Shown in pieces: positions 55,956 to 64,000 of a stretch of 64,000 bases of DNA (its first letter is position 1; every line of letters starts with the position of its first letter). The stretch lies in NCBI GenBank assembly GCA_947628695.1, contig CANRAV010000005.1:9354-73353 (forward strand), given 5' to 3'. The position numbers were made by a program, and so were the translations under genes. This DNA comes from an uncultured Clostridia bacterium. GTDB lineage: Bacteria > Bacillota > Clostridia > Oscillospirales > CAG-382. A model generated the notes under the pieces. It saw only the letters and a list, made by a program, of their open reading frames with translations, had not been told where the DNA came from and did not search any database.

Positions 55956-56092
55956 AATAAAAATGACCGCCACTGCTCCAACAGTAGCGGTCTCCTACTT
56001 TTTAAAGTAGGTTAATCGCAACACGAGGGGCTGACCGCATATCGGCTTTACCCTTCGACTTTTATTATATACTTCGGGAAACTGTTTGTCAA
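55956..56092 (-). ncRNA. Candidate antisense antitoxin sRNA, locus 2, extra copy (promoter included)
   Basis: TTGACA-17-TATAAT on minus strand (56092-56064); body nearly identical to the cis copy. Confidence 0.65.
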
Positions 56093-56121
56093 GTGTTTAT
56101 TAATGCAAGCAGCCGGGAAGA

Positions 56122-56337
56122 TCAATCTCCCGCAAGCCTCTCCTCTTTTACTTCCTCAAGGGAGATATCGTTTTGAAGGACGCCGAAAAGCGACTTCGCC
56201 GCATCTACGCGCTCTTGAAACGGATTTGTAAGCTTGGAGATAACCTTTCCGTTGCGTGTAATATAAATATCCTCCGTTGCGGAGAGCAGCAGATACTTGC
56301 TTAAATTTGTTTTCAGCTCCGTCGCGGTGATTGACAT
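56122..56337 (-). CDS. Phd/YefM family type II antitoxin (no cognate toxin adjacent)
   Basis: ITATELKTNLSKYL...EDIYITRNGK. Confidence 0.88.
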   Translation of the reverse strand: MSITATELKTNLSKYLLLSATEDIYITRNGKVISKLTNPFQERVDAAKSLFGVLQNDISLEEVKEERLAGD

Positions 56338-56371
56338 AACAAAAACCTCCCCGTTTTAGATATCACTGTTA

Positions 56372-57121
56372 TTATACCCATTTTTTACACCTGAAAAACA
56401 CAAAATCCGGGCGGTGTACCGTCCCGCCGAACACATCGGGATACTGCATTCTCATCTCGTCGGATATGCGCGATTCACGGCATTCTTCAAGCGTAAAACC
56501 TGCTTTGATTATCGAATTCAGCAGGCTTGAGAAGGTCCTGTGGTAAAGCTCGTAACCGTCAAGCACCCATTTTATTTTTCTGCGCCCTTCAAGTAAGTAG
56601 TTGTTTATATTTGCATATAACCGCTCTCCCGATTCCGAGCGGGTGAATCTGTCATAGGTTCCGTCATATGCCGTCGCCATCGGATGGGACATGCTGAAAA
56701 CAAGCTGTGCGTCTTCTTTCATCAACGTATAAATATCCTTAAGCAAAGCGTCAAAATCCTCGGCATAATCGAACGCCAAAGAGCTTGTGACCAAATCAAA
56801 CCGGCGGTCTATAAGATAAATATCCTCCATTGCCATCTGTTGATAGGTAATATTGTGCGCCTTATTGTGCGCCCTTGCATATTCAAGCATTTTTTCGGAA
56901 ATATCGATACCCAAAACCGACGCAGCGCCCATATCGGAATACTGTTTTGCGTGCTGCCCCATGCCGCAGCCGATGTCGAGAATCTCCTTTCCCCGCAGGT
57001 CGGGAAGCATCGACAGCAAAATAGGTGTCTCGATACAGTCGTTGAAATTGATTTTGCTTTCCCTTATCTTTTGGAAGTTCTCGAAGAAAACCTCGTTGTC
57101 GTAGATGTTTTGTTTAGCCAT
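56372..57121 (-). CDS. Class I SAM-dependent methyltransferase
   Basis: ILDIGCGMG, GIDISEKML, FDLVTSSL, MSHP. Confidence 0.9.
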   Translation of the reverse strand: MAKQNIYDNEVFFENFQKIRESKINFNDCIETPILLSMLPDLRGKEILDIGCGMGQHAKQYSDMGAASVLGIDISEKMLEYARAHNKAHNITYQQMAMEDIYLIDRRFDLVTSSLAFDYAEDFDALLKDIYTLMKEDAQLVFSMSHPMATAYDGTYDRFTRSESGERLYANINNYLLEGRRKIKWVLDGYELYHRTFSSLLNSIIKAGFTLEECRESRISDEMRMQYPDVFGGTVHRPDFVFFRCKKWV

Positions 57122-58970
57122 ACCTGTTTCCCTTCACCTTGCTGCCCCTTCCGCGCCTCGCTTTGCCGGCCGTAAACGGCTTTTTCTTTTTCGCCGCGGA
57201 GGGAAGCAGAACCGGTATAAGGTCTACCCTTCCCGCCATTTCAAGCGCCTTCCTTACAAGCGGGGCGTTTTCCGGCCGGTGCGACTGCAGCAGCGCCCTT
57301 TGCAGCCGTTTTTCCTCATAGCTGCGCGGGACGTACACCTTCTTCATGTCAAAGGGGTCGAGACCCGTGTAAAACATACAGGTAGAGGCGGTGCCGGGTG
57401 TGGGGTAAAAGTCCTGCACCTGCTCCGGGTTAAGCCCGTTTTCGCGCAGGTAAAGTGCAAGGGCAACGGCGTCGTTTACGGTGCTTCCGGGGTGAGACGA
57501 CATCAGGTACGGAACCAGATACTGCTCCTTCCCCATAGACTTTGTAAGCTGATAAAAGCGCTTGCTGAAGCGCTCGAATACCTCAAACTTCGGCTTTCCC
57601 ATGTATTTTAGCACGTTGTCGGAGCAATGCTCCGGCGCGACCTTAAGCTGGCCGCTTATGTTGTTGGAGACAAGGTGCTTGAAGAACTTTTCGCTTTTGT
57701 CCGCAAGCATGTAGTCGAAGCGTATCCCGCTTCGTATAAACACCTTTTTCACACGCGGAAGCTTTTCAAGCTCCTCCAGCAGGTGCACGTACTCGCTGTG
57801 GTCGGCGTTAAGGTTCTTGCACGGCGTGGGGAAAAGGCAGCGCTTTGAGGTGCACACGCCGCTTTTCTTCTGCTTTTCGCAGGCCGGGTGGCGGAAGTTT
57901 GCCGTTGGGCCTCCGACGTCGTGGATATAGCCCTTGAAGTCCGGCATCTCCGTAAGCAGGCGCGCCTCCTCCAGCACGCTCTTCTCCGAGCGCGAGCACA
58001 CCGATCGCCCCTGCACATATGTAAGCGCGCAGAAGTTGCAGCCGCCGAAGCAGCCGCGGCTGTGCGTTATGGAAAACTTCACCTCGGCTATGGCGGGAAC
58101 TCCGCCCTCCGCCTCGTAAACGGGGTGGTAAGTGCGCATGTACGGCAGCGAATAGACGCTGTCAAGCTCCGCCCTCGTAAGCGGAGGCATGGGCGGGTTT
58201 TGCACGATCTTGAAGTCGCCGTAATCCTCCGTCACGGCCTTCCCCGTCACCGCGTCCATGTTGTCGTACTGTATTTTAAACGCCCGCGCATACGCCTCTT
58301 TGTCGGTCTTAAGCGTGTCGTAGTCGTAAGTCTCCACAAAGTCAAAGTGCGGCTTTTCGTCTTTTTTGCACTTGTAAACGGTGCCTCGCACGTCGTGCAT
58401 CCTGTTTATCGGGACGCCCCTGTCAAGCAGGAAGGCTATCCTGCGCATGATGTTTTCGCCCATCCCGTAGGCAAGCAGATCCGCACCGCTGTCTATAAGC
58501 AGGCTGCGGCGAACCTTGTCCGTCCAATAGTCGTAGTGCGCAAATCGGCGTGTCGACGCCTCTATTCCGCCGATAACTATCGGTATGTCGCCGAAGGCCT
58601 CCCTTATGCGGTTGCAGTAGACTATAATCGCCCTGTCCGGGCGCTTGCCGGCCTTGCCGCCGGGGGAATAGTAATCCTCGCCTCTGCGCTTTTTTGCGGC
58701 GGTGTAGTGCGCGACCATGCTGTCGATATTTCCGCTGTTTACAAGGAAGCCAAGCCGTGGCTTTCCGAACCGGCAGAAGTCGGCCGTGCTTCTCCAATCC
58801 GGCTGTGCAAGTATCGCAATGCGGAAGCCCTCCGCCTCCAGCACGCGCGATATTATGGCGGTGCCGAAGGACGGGTGGTCGACGTAAGCGTCGCCGGTGA
58901 CAAGCACAAAATCCGGCACTCCCCAGCCGAGCTCTTCGACCTCTTTTGCCGTAATAGGTAAGAAAGACAT
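57114..58970 (-). CDS. YgiQ family radical SAM protein
   Basis: GDAYVDHPSFG, RGCFGGCNFC, SGQLKVAPEH, QVQDFYPTP. Confidence 0.93.
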   Translation of the reverse strand: MSFLPITAKEVEELGWGVPDFVLVTGDAYVDHPSFGTAIISRVLEAEGFRIAILAQPDWRSTADFCRFGKPRLGFLVNSGNIDSMVAHYTAAKKRRGEDYYSPGGKAGKRPDRAIIVYCNRIREAFGDIPIVIGGIEASTRRFAHYDYWTDKVRRSLLIDSGADLLAYGMGENIMRRIAFLLDRGVPINRMHDVRGTVYKCKKDEKPHFDFVETYDYDTLKTDKEAYARAFKIQYDNMDAVTGKAVTEDYGDFKIVQNPPMPPLTRAELDSVYSLPYMRTYHPVYEAEGGVPAIAEVKFSITHSRGCFGGCNFCALTYVQGRSVCSRSEKSVLEEARLLTEMPDFKGYIHDVGGPTANFRHPACEKQKKSGVCTSKRCLFPTPCKNLNADHSEYVHLLEELEKLPRVKKVFIRSGIRFDYMLADKSEKFFKHLVSNNISGQLKVAPEHCSDNVLKYMGKPKFEVFERFSKRFYQLTKSMGKEQYLVPYLMSSHPGSTVNDAVALALYLRENGLNPEQVQDFYPTPGTASTCMFYTGLDPFDMKKVYVPRSYEEKRLQRALLQSHRPENAPLVRKALEMAGRVDLIPVLLPSAAKKKKPFTAGKARRGRGSKVKGNRYG

Positions 58971-59173
58971 ACGCGCCTCCGTGATATTTTCGTCACCCGA
59001 TTATACCACAAAAGCGCCGTTTTGCACAGTAGTTTCCGCGGACTTTTTTAAACCCTTCGGCAATTTTTTAAAAATGCCTCGCCGGACGGCGGAATTTACA
59101 CCTCTCTCCACTTGATTTTTTCTTCGTTCGGGTGTATAATATGATGAATATGTATATGGAGGCTTATACGGCT

Positions 59174-60247
59174 TTGAAAATAACGGATTTGCAGATTGTA
59201 GAGGGGGACTTCCCGCTTAAGCAGCCCTTTGTGACCTCTAAGCGGAGGATAGACGTGATACGCGACTATGCGGTGAAGCTTACAACCGACGGGGGGCTTT
59301 GCGGCTTCGGCGCCTGTGCGCCGACCCCCGTCATAACCGGGGACACGGTTGGGTCGATACTCTACGCGATAGAGGAGTTTTACAAGCCGCTTCTTATAGG
59401 GGCGGAGCTTAGCGAGGAGCTTCTGCCTGCCGTGCAGAAAACGCTTTTCCACAATTCAAGCCCCAAGGCGGCTATAGACATAGCCCTGCACGACCTGCTT
59501 GCGGCCGAAAAGGGGCTGACGCTTTTCGAGTATCTCGGCGGGAAAGCGGGTGCGAAGCACCTGGAAACCGACGCAACCGTTAGCCTCGGCACTCCGGAGG
59601 AGATGGCGGCAGAGGCAAAAAAGCATATCTCTGCGGGCTTTACCGCAATTAAAGTCAAGCTTGGCGGCCCGAAGGAGGAGGACGTAAAAAGGCTTAAGGC
59701 CCTCTCCCCGGTCTTCGGGGAGACGGTATCCGTCCGTTTGGACGCGAACCAGGCCTGGAGCGTGAGCGACGCGGTATACGTCTGCTCGGCGGCTGCCGAT
59801 ATGGGCATGAACATAGAGCTTGTGGAGCAGCCGGTGCTTTACACCGACCTTGAAGGTATGGCAGCCGTCACGCGCGCGGTTCCCTTCCCCGTCCTTGCGG
59901 ACGAAAGCGTTTTTTCCGCAGAGGAGGCCGAAAGGCTTATAAAGATGGGCGGCTGCAGCATGGTAAACATAAAGCTTATGAAGTGCGGCGGCATTTACGG
60001 GGCGAAGAGGATACACAAGGTCGCCTCGGAAAACGGCATTCCCTGCATGCTGGGCTGCATGATGGAGGGGCCGGTAAGCGTCACTGCGGCAGCTCATTTT
60101 GCGGCGGCCTTTGGGATAGACTGCCTTGACCTTGACCCGCCCTACCTTTGCAAGCCGTACAAAATAGAGGCTTCCGTCGAATACGACGGCAAAAATATAG
60201 ACATACACACGGGAGGTAAAGGTCTTGGAATTACAAAAATACTTTGA
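59174..60247 (+). CDS. Dipeptide epimerase (L-Ala-D/L-Glu epimerase, enolase superfamily)
   Basis: KVKLG, LDANQAW, EQP, ADES, NIKLMKCGG, GCMME, DLD; TTG start inferred from SD. Confidence 0.92.
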   Translation: MKITDLQIVEGDFPLKQPFVTSKRRIDVIRDYAVKLTTDGGLCGFGACAPTPVITGDTVGSILYAIEEFYKPLLIGAELSEELLPAVQKTLFHNSSPKAAIDIALHDLLAAEKGLTLFEYLGGKAGAKHLETDATVSLGTPEEMAAEAKKHISAGFTAIKVKLGGPKEEDVKRLKALSPVFGETVSVRLDANQAWSVSDAVYVCSAAADMGMNIELVEQPVLYTDLEGMAAVTRAVPFPVLADESVFSAEEAERLIKMGGCSMVNIKLMKCGGIYGAKRIHKVASENGIPCMLGCMMEGPVSVTAAAHFAAAFGIDCLDLDPPYLCKPYKIEASVEYDGKNIDIHTGGKGLGITKIL

Positions 60248-60956
60248 AGAAGGCAACGGCGTGCTTATATGCCCGCTTGAAGAGGGCAAGGCGCCCATGT
60301 ACAGCCACAACGCAGACAAGCCGTTTAAAAGCGCAAGCGTTATAAAGACCTTTGTGCTTGCATATTATCTCGCCGTCGGCGGCGACCTTGAAAGGGAGAT
60401 AGAGCTTCCGCGCAAGGCCCTTATCGGCACCAGCATAATGACGGAGCTTACCCTTACAAAAGCCACGGTAAGAGAGCTTTTGATATACATGATGAGCTTT
60501 TCCGACAACAGTGCCACAAACGCGCTCTTTGCCGACGCGGGTTTTGACGCGCTTAACTCGTTCTGCAAGAACGTGCTTGGCACGGATAAGACGGTTATAG
60601 GCCGTAAGATGCTGGACTACAAGGCGGCGGAACGCGGCGAGGACAACATCATAACCTTAAACGACTGCCTTAAGGCGATGCGCTTTGTAATGGCGCACCC
60701 CACGGGCAGGGACATCATGCGCCGCCACAAGGGCGTAGAGCGCATAGTTCGCTACATTTTCGACCCGGAGATAGAGTATTACGGCAAGGGCGGAAACATT
60801 CCGGAGGTTTACAACGACATTGCCGTGCTTCGCCGCCCGGGCGGAGAGTACATGTTTACGGGCGTTTTAAGCTACAAGTGCGACGCTTCCAAAACCCGCC
60901 GTCTTATGGGGCTTACGGGACTTGCGGCACTTGGTGCAGAGAGGCCGATCATTTAA
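60225..60956 (+). CDS. Serine hydrolase, class A beta-lactamase-like
   Basis: SASVIK (SxxK), SDN, KGG. Confidence 0.85.
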   Translation: MELQKYFEEGNGVLICPLEEGKAPMYSHNADKPFKSASVIKTFVLAYYLAVGGDLEREIELPRKALIGTSIMTELTLTKATVRELLIYMMSFSDNSATNALFADAGFDALNSFCKNVLGTDKTVIGRKMLDYKAAERGEDNIITLNDCLKAMRFVMAHPTGRDIMRRHKGVERIVRYIFDPEIEYYGKGGNIPEVYNDIAVLRRPGGEYMFTGVLSYKCDASKTRRLMGLTGLAALGAERPII

Positions 60957-62347
60957 CTTATCAGCTCCGACACGGTGACAAGCTTATACCTTTCGGTAAG
61001 GTACGGGAGCAGCTCTCTAAGCGCCTGCGGCGTGGGGCTTTCCCCCGATATATAGTCGTGGAAAAGCACTATGTCCCCGCCCTTAACGCCCCTTTTTACG
61101 GTGTTTACTATCTGCTGCACCGAAGGGTGCGCCCAGTCACGCGTGTCGACCCGCCAGAGCACGCCGGTAAAGCCGAGAGCTGCTGCGGCTTCCATTCCGG
61201 CTTCGTCTATGTCCCCGGCCGGGGGACGGAAGAGCTTGGGTCTATAGTTAAGCTCGCGTAGGAAGACGTCTTCCGCCTTCTTTATTTCAGATTCAAGCTC
61301 CGGCACGGACATGGAAGACGCCTTCCTGTGGCTGTAGGTGTGGTTCCCCACCTCGTGCCCTGCGGCAAGGACGCGTCGGGCGACTTCCGGGTTTTGCTCT
61401 ACGTTCTCGCCTATCATAAAGAAGGTGGCCTTCGCGCCGTACCCGTCAAGGATGCCGAGTATCTCGTCCGTAAGCTTTGCGTGCGGCCCGTCGTCGAAGG
61501 TAAGGGCAATGCAGTCCTCCTTTTCGGCGTTTCCGGAATAAAGAAGGCCTTTGCCGTTTAGCTTTTCGTAAAGCTCTGTGGACATCGCGGCTTTGTCGAA
61601 CCCGTCAAGGGTTTTAAAGCTGTAGCCCCGATTTTTAAGCTCTTTTATGACATCCCCCAAAATTGCGGCGTTTGTGCGGGAGTTGGGGTGGAGGAGCATG
61701 ACCTCGCCGTTGTGGGCGTTTTTCAGTATCTTCTGCTTTGCGCTTTCGGGGTCGGGCTGTTTACGCTCGTCCCAGTCTGCGTAGGCAAAGGACCAGAACA
61801 CCGGGGTGTAGCCAAGCTCGCGGCAGAAGGCAAGCGTCTGCTCGGTAAACGCCCCTTCCGGGGGACGCACGAACTTTGCTATCTCTATTCCCGCCTCTGC
61901 GCGGCAATAGTCCTCAAGGTCCGTAAGCTCCTTTTTAAGCTCCTCTATATCGGTGACACGCGACAGATTTTTGTGGCTGTAGGTGTGGTTTGCTATAAGG
62001 TGGCCGTCCTCCTCCATGCGCTTTACCGTGGGAAGGGCGTATTTGACCAGCGCCGGGAGTATGAAAAAGCTTGCCTTTACGTCCTCTTCTTTGAGGGTTT
62101 CAAGTATATTGTCAAGGCTTTCGCAGCCGTAGCCGGCGTCGAAGGTCAGGTAGATGACCTTGTCGTCGGGGTTGCCGAGGTATATAGTTCCGTATTTGTC
62201 GGGCATTGTGCTTCCGCCGAAGACCATCGGCCTGCCGCCGTCCTCCCCGGCCTTAAAGTACCAGTTGTACACGCTTCCCCTGTCTGCGGCCGAGGGCACA
62301 AGCAGCGACAGCGACAGGAGGAAGGCTGCGGATTTTATAATTTTCAA
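60953..62347 (-). CDS. Tandem two-domain polysaccharide deacetylase (PdaA-like plus a second NodB domain)
   Basis: YLTFDAGY...NHTYSH...RPPEG...LLHP, then ALTFDDGP...NHTYSH...FRPP...LFHD. Confidence 0.88.
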   Translation of the reverse strand: MKIIKSAAFLLSLSLLVPSAADRGSVYNWYFKAGEDGGRPMVFGGSTMPDKYGTIYLGNPDDKVIYLTFDAGYGCESLDNILETLKEEDVKASFFILPALVKYALPTVKRMEEDGHLIANHTYSHKNLSRVTDIEELKKELTDLEDYCRAEAGIEIAKFVRPPEGAFTEQTLAFCRELGYTPVFWSFAYADWDERKQPDPESAKQKILKNAHNGEVMLLHPNSRTNAAILGDVIKELKNRGYSFKTLDGFDKAAMSTELYEKLNGKGLLYSGNAEKEDCIALTFDDGPHAKLTDEILGILDGYGAKATFFMIGENVEQNPEVARRVLAAGHEVGNHTYSHRKASSMSVPELESEIKKAEDVFLRELNYRPKLFRPPAGDIDEAGMEAAAALGFTGVLWRVDTRDWAHPSVQQIVNTVKRGVKGGDIVLFHDYISGESPTPQALRELLPYLTERYKLVTVSELIS

Positions 62348-62462
62348 AACACATCATATCCTAAAAAAGTTTTTCTTTAACACCGATAGCTTGTGCCGAA
62401 GAAAAGCCGTTTAGACAAAGCAAATTTTTGCAATTTTTAAAGATACCGAAAGGAAATACACC

Positions 62463-63251
62463 ATGGAATACACGTTCTGTAAGCCGCTTACACCGATATA
62501 CAAGGAGGCAGATGCAGCGTCCGAATACGCAGACGAGGCGTTTTACGGCCAGAAGGCGGAAGTGCTTGAAAGGAAAAACGGCTTCTGCCGCGTCCACACG
62601 GACTACGACTATGAGGGCTACGTCCCCGAGGACTGCGTAACGGAGGCAAAGTACACCCCGACGCACGTCGTGACAAGCGCCTTCGGCGAGCTGCTTTACG
62701 AGCCGAAGAACTGCCGCAGGGCCGCCCTTGACCTTCCGCGCGGAAGCCTTATTAAGATAGACGAAGACGGCGGGACGGAGAGATACGCCGCAGCGCGCAC
62801 TATAGACGGGAAGGTCTTCTACCTCCACCGCAAAAACATAGTGCCGGCGGAATACATAAATAGGGAGAGGGACGAGGCGACCCTGCGGCGCGACATAACG
62901 GACACGGCGCGTCTATACCTCGGCACCGGGTACCGCTGGGGCGGTAAGACGGCCTGCGGGATAGACTGCAGCGGTCTTGCATTTATGAGCTACTACATGA
63001 ACGGGCTGCACATATACAGGGACGCGCATATAGAGCGCTCGCCGCTTCTGCGCACAATAGACATAAAAGAGGCAAAAGAGGGCGACCTGCTTTTCTTCCC
63101 CGGTCACGTTGCGGTGTACATAGGGGACGGGCTTTTCATACACTCCACAACCGCCTTGGGCGGCGTGGGCTTCAACAGCTTAAACGAATACAGCCCCATT
63201 TACAGCGAGGGGCTTAAAGCCTCGCTTAAAGCCGTTGCGACGGCGTTTTGA
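62463..63251 (+). CDS. NlpC/P60 (C40) peptidase, YkfC/dipeptidyl-peptidase VI-like
   Basis: SH3-like N-terminus; YRWGG...GIDCSG, RDA, GDLLFFPGHV, FIHS. Confidence 0.9.
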   Translation: MEYTFCKPLTPIYKEADAASEYADEAFYGQKAEVLERKNGFCRVHTDYDYEGYVPEDCVTEAKYTPTHVVTSAFGELLYEPKNCRRAALDLPRGSLIKIDEDGGTERYAAARTIDGKVFYLHRKNIVPAEYINRERDEATLRRDITDTARLYLGTGYRWGGKTACGIDCSGLAFMSYYMNGLHIYRDAHIERSPLLRTIDIKEAKEGDLLFFPGHVAVYIGDGLFIHSTTALGGVGFNSLNEYSPIYSEGLKASLKAVATAF

Positions 63252-63261
63252 GGAAAAGCTT

Positions 63262-64000
63262 ATGCAAAACGGTATTTTCGTTCCCGAGGAAGAGATAAAG
63301 CGCCAGCTTGCGATTGCAAGGGAGGTTCGTTCCCTTATAGGCGAGGGTAAGAAGGTCTTTGTCTCCACCTTCGGCTGCCAGCAGAACGAGGCGGACAGCG
63401 AGCGGCTTCTCGGCCTTGCGTCGCTTATGGGCTACACCAAGGCGGAAAGCATAGACGACGCGCAGCTTATTATCTTCAACACCTGCGCGATAAGGGAGCA
63501 TGCGGAGCTTAAGGCGCTTTCCAAGGCGGGGGCTTTGCGCAAGATAAAGGAACGCGACAAAAGCGTTATAACCGCCGTCTGCGGGTGCATGGCAGAGCAG
63601 CCGCACAGAAGGGAGCAAATATTAAAAAGCTACCCCTACATAGATATAATCTTCGGTACGGACAGGCTTCACACCCTGCCGGAGACGGTAAAGAACGCCA
63701 TTCTGGGCGAAAAGCACGGCGTTTACATAAGCGGAGGCTCGCATGACGAGTTCGGCACCGTGGCGGAGGGAGTGCCCTCTCTTAGGGAAAGCAGCTACAA
63801 GGCCTGGGTGCCCATCATGTACGGCTGCAACAACTTCTGCTCTTACTGCGTGGTTCCCTACGTGCGCGGGCGGGAGAGAAGCAGGAAAAGCAAGGACGTG
63901 CTTGCGGAGATTGAAGGTCTTGTAAAAAGCGGATACAAGGACATAACGCTTTTGGGGCAGAACGTGAACTCGTATGACGGGGACTTAAGCTTCCCGAAGC
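63262..64000 (+). CDS. miaB: tRNA-2-methylthio-N6-dimethylallyladenosine synthase (3'-truncated by the window end)
   Basis: Translated by hand: TFGCQQNEADSE, NTCAIREHAE, GCNNFCSYCVVPYVRGRERSR, LLGQNVNSY. Confidence 0.93.
   Translation, partial: MQNGIFVPEEEIKRQLAIAREVRSLIGEGKKVFVSTFGCQQNEADSERLLGLASLMGYTKAESIDDAQLIIFNTCAIREHAELKALSKAGALRKIKERDKSVITAVCGCMAEQPHRREQILKSYPYIDIIFGTDRLHTLPETVKNAILGEKHGVYISGGSHDEFGTVAEGVPSLRESSYKAWVPIMYGCNNFCSYCVVPYVRGRERSRKSKDVLAEIEGLVKSGYKDITLLGQNVNSYDGDLSFPK

Noticed and set aside
60225-60956. Possible beta-lactam resistance gene
   Set aside because: No signal peptide, KGG instead of KTG, and the context is peptidoglycan recycling.

Overview
A GC-rich chromosomal segment, by gene content from a spore-forming Clostridia-class Firmicute. 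Most of it is housekeeping: proBA, maf, mscL, a ClpE/ClpC-type ATPase, the ecfA1-ecfA2-ecfT-truA operon, ruvCAB, acpP, nagA-ROK, trmK, an EF-G paralogue, rlmB, nrdR, a YgiQ radical SAM gene, peptidoglycan-recycling genes and a partial miaB. It also encodes four dockerin-tagged secreted proteins that are not typical cellulases or hemicellulases. I saw no rRNA, tRNA, CRISPR array, integrase or transposase. The most interesting signals are non-coding or too small for the ORF track. (1) Two paralogous candidate type I toxin-antitoxin loci (about 46.26-46.85 kb and 55.56-56.09 kb): each has a 37-38 aa hydrophobic peptide gene with a sequestered SD and two tandem copies of a convergent ~105-nt antisense RNA gene. 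The mRNA 5' leader can pair with its own 3' end, and that helix covaries between the loci. (2) A family of modular palindromic intergenic elements, oriented consistently behind gene ends, whose stems change sequence but keep perfect pairing. (3) A tandem 186-bp duplication of a structured RNA-like unit. (4) An orphan ArpU/RinA-like regulator with a LexA-type box inside its promoter. (5) Two P-type ATPase homologues with degenerate catalytic motifs. All family assignments come from motif recognition by eye; no searches were run.
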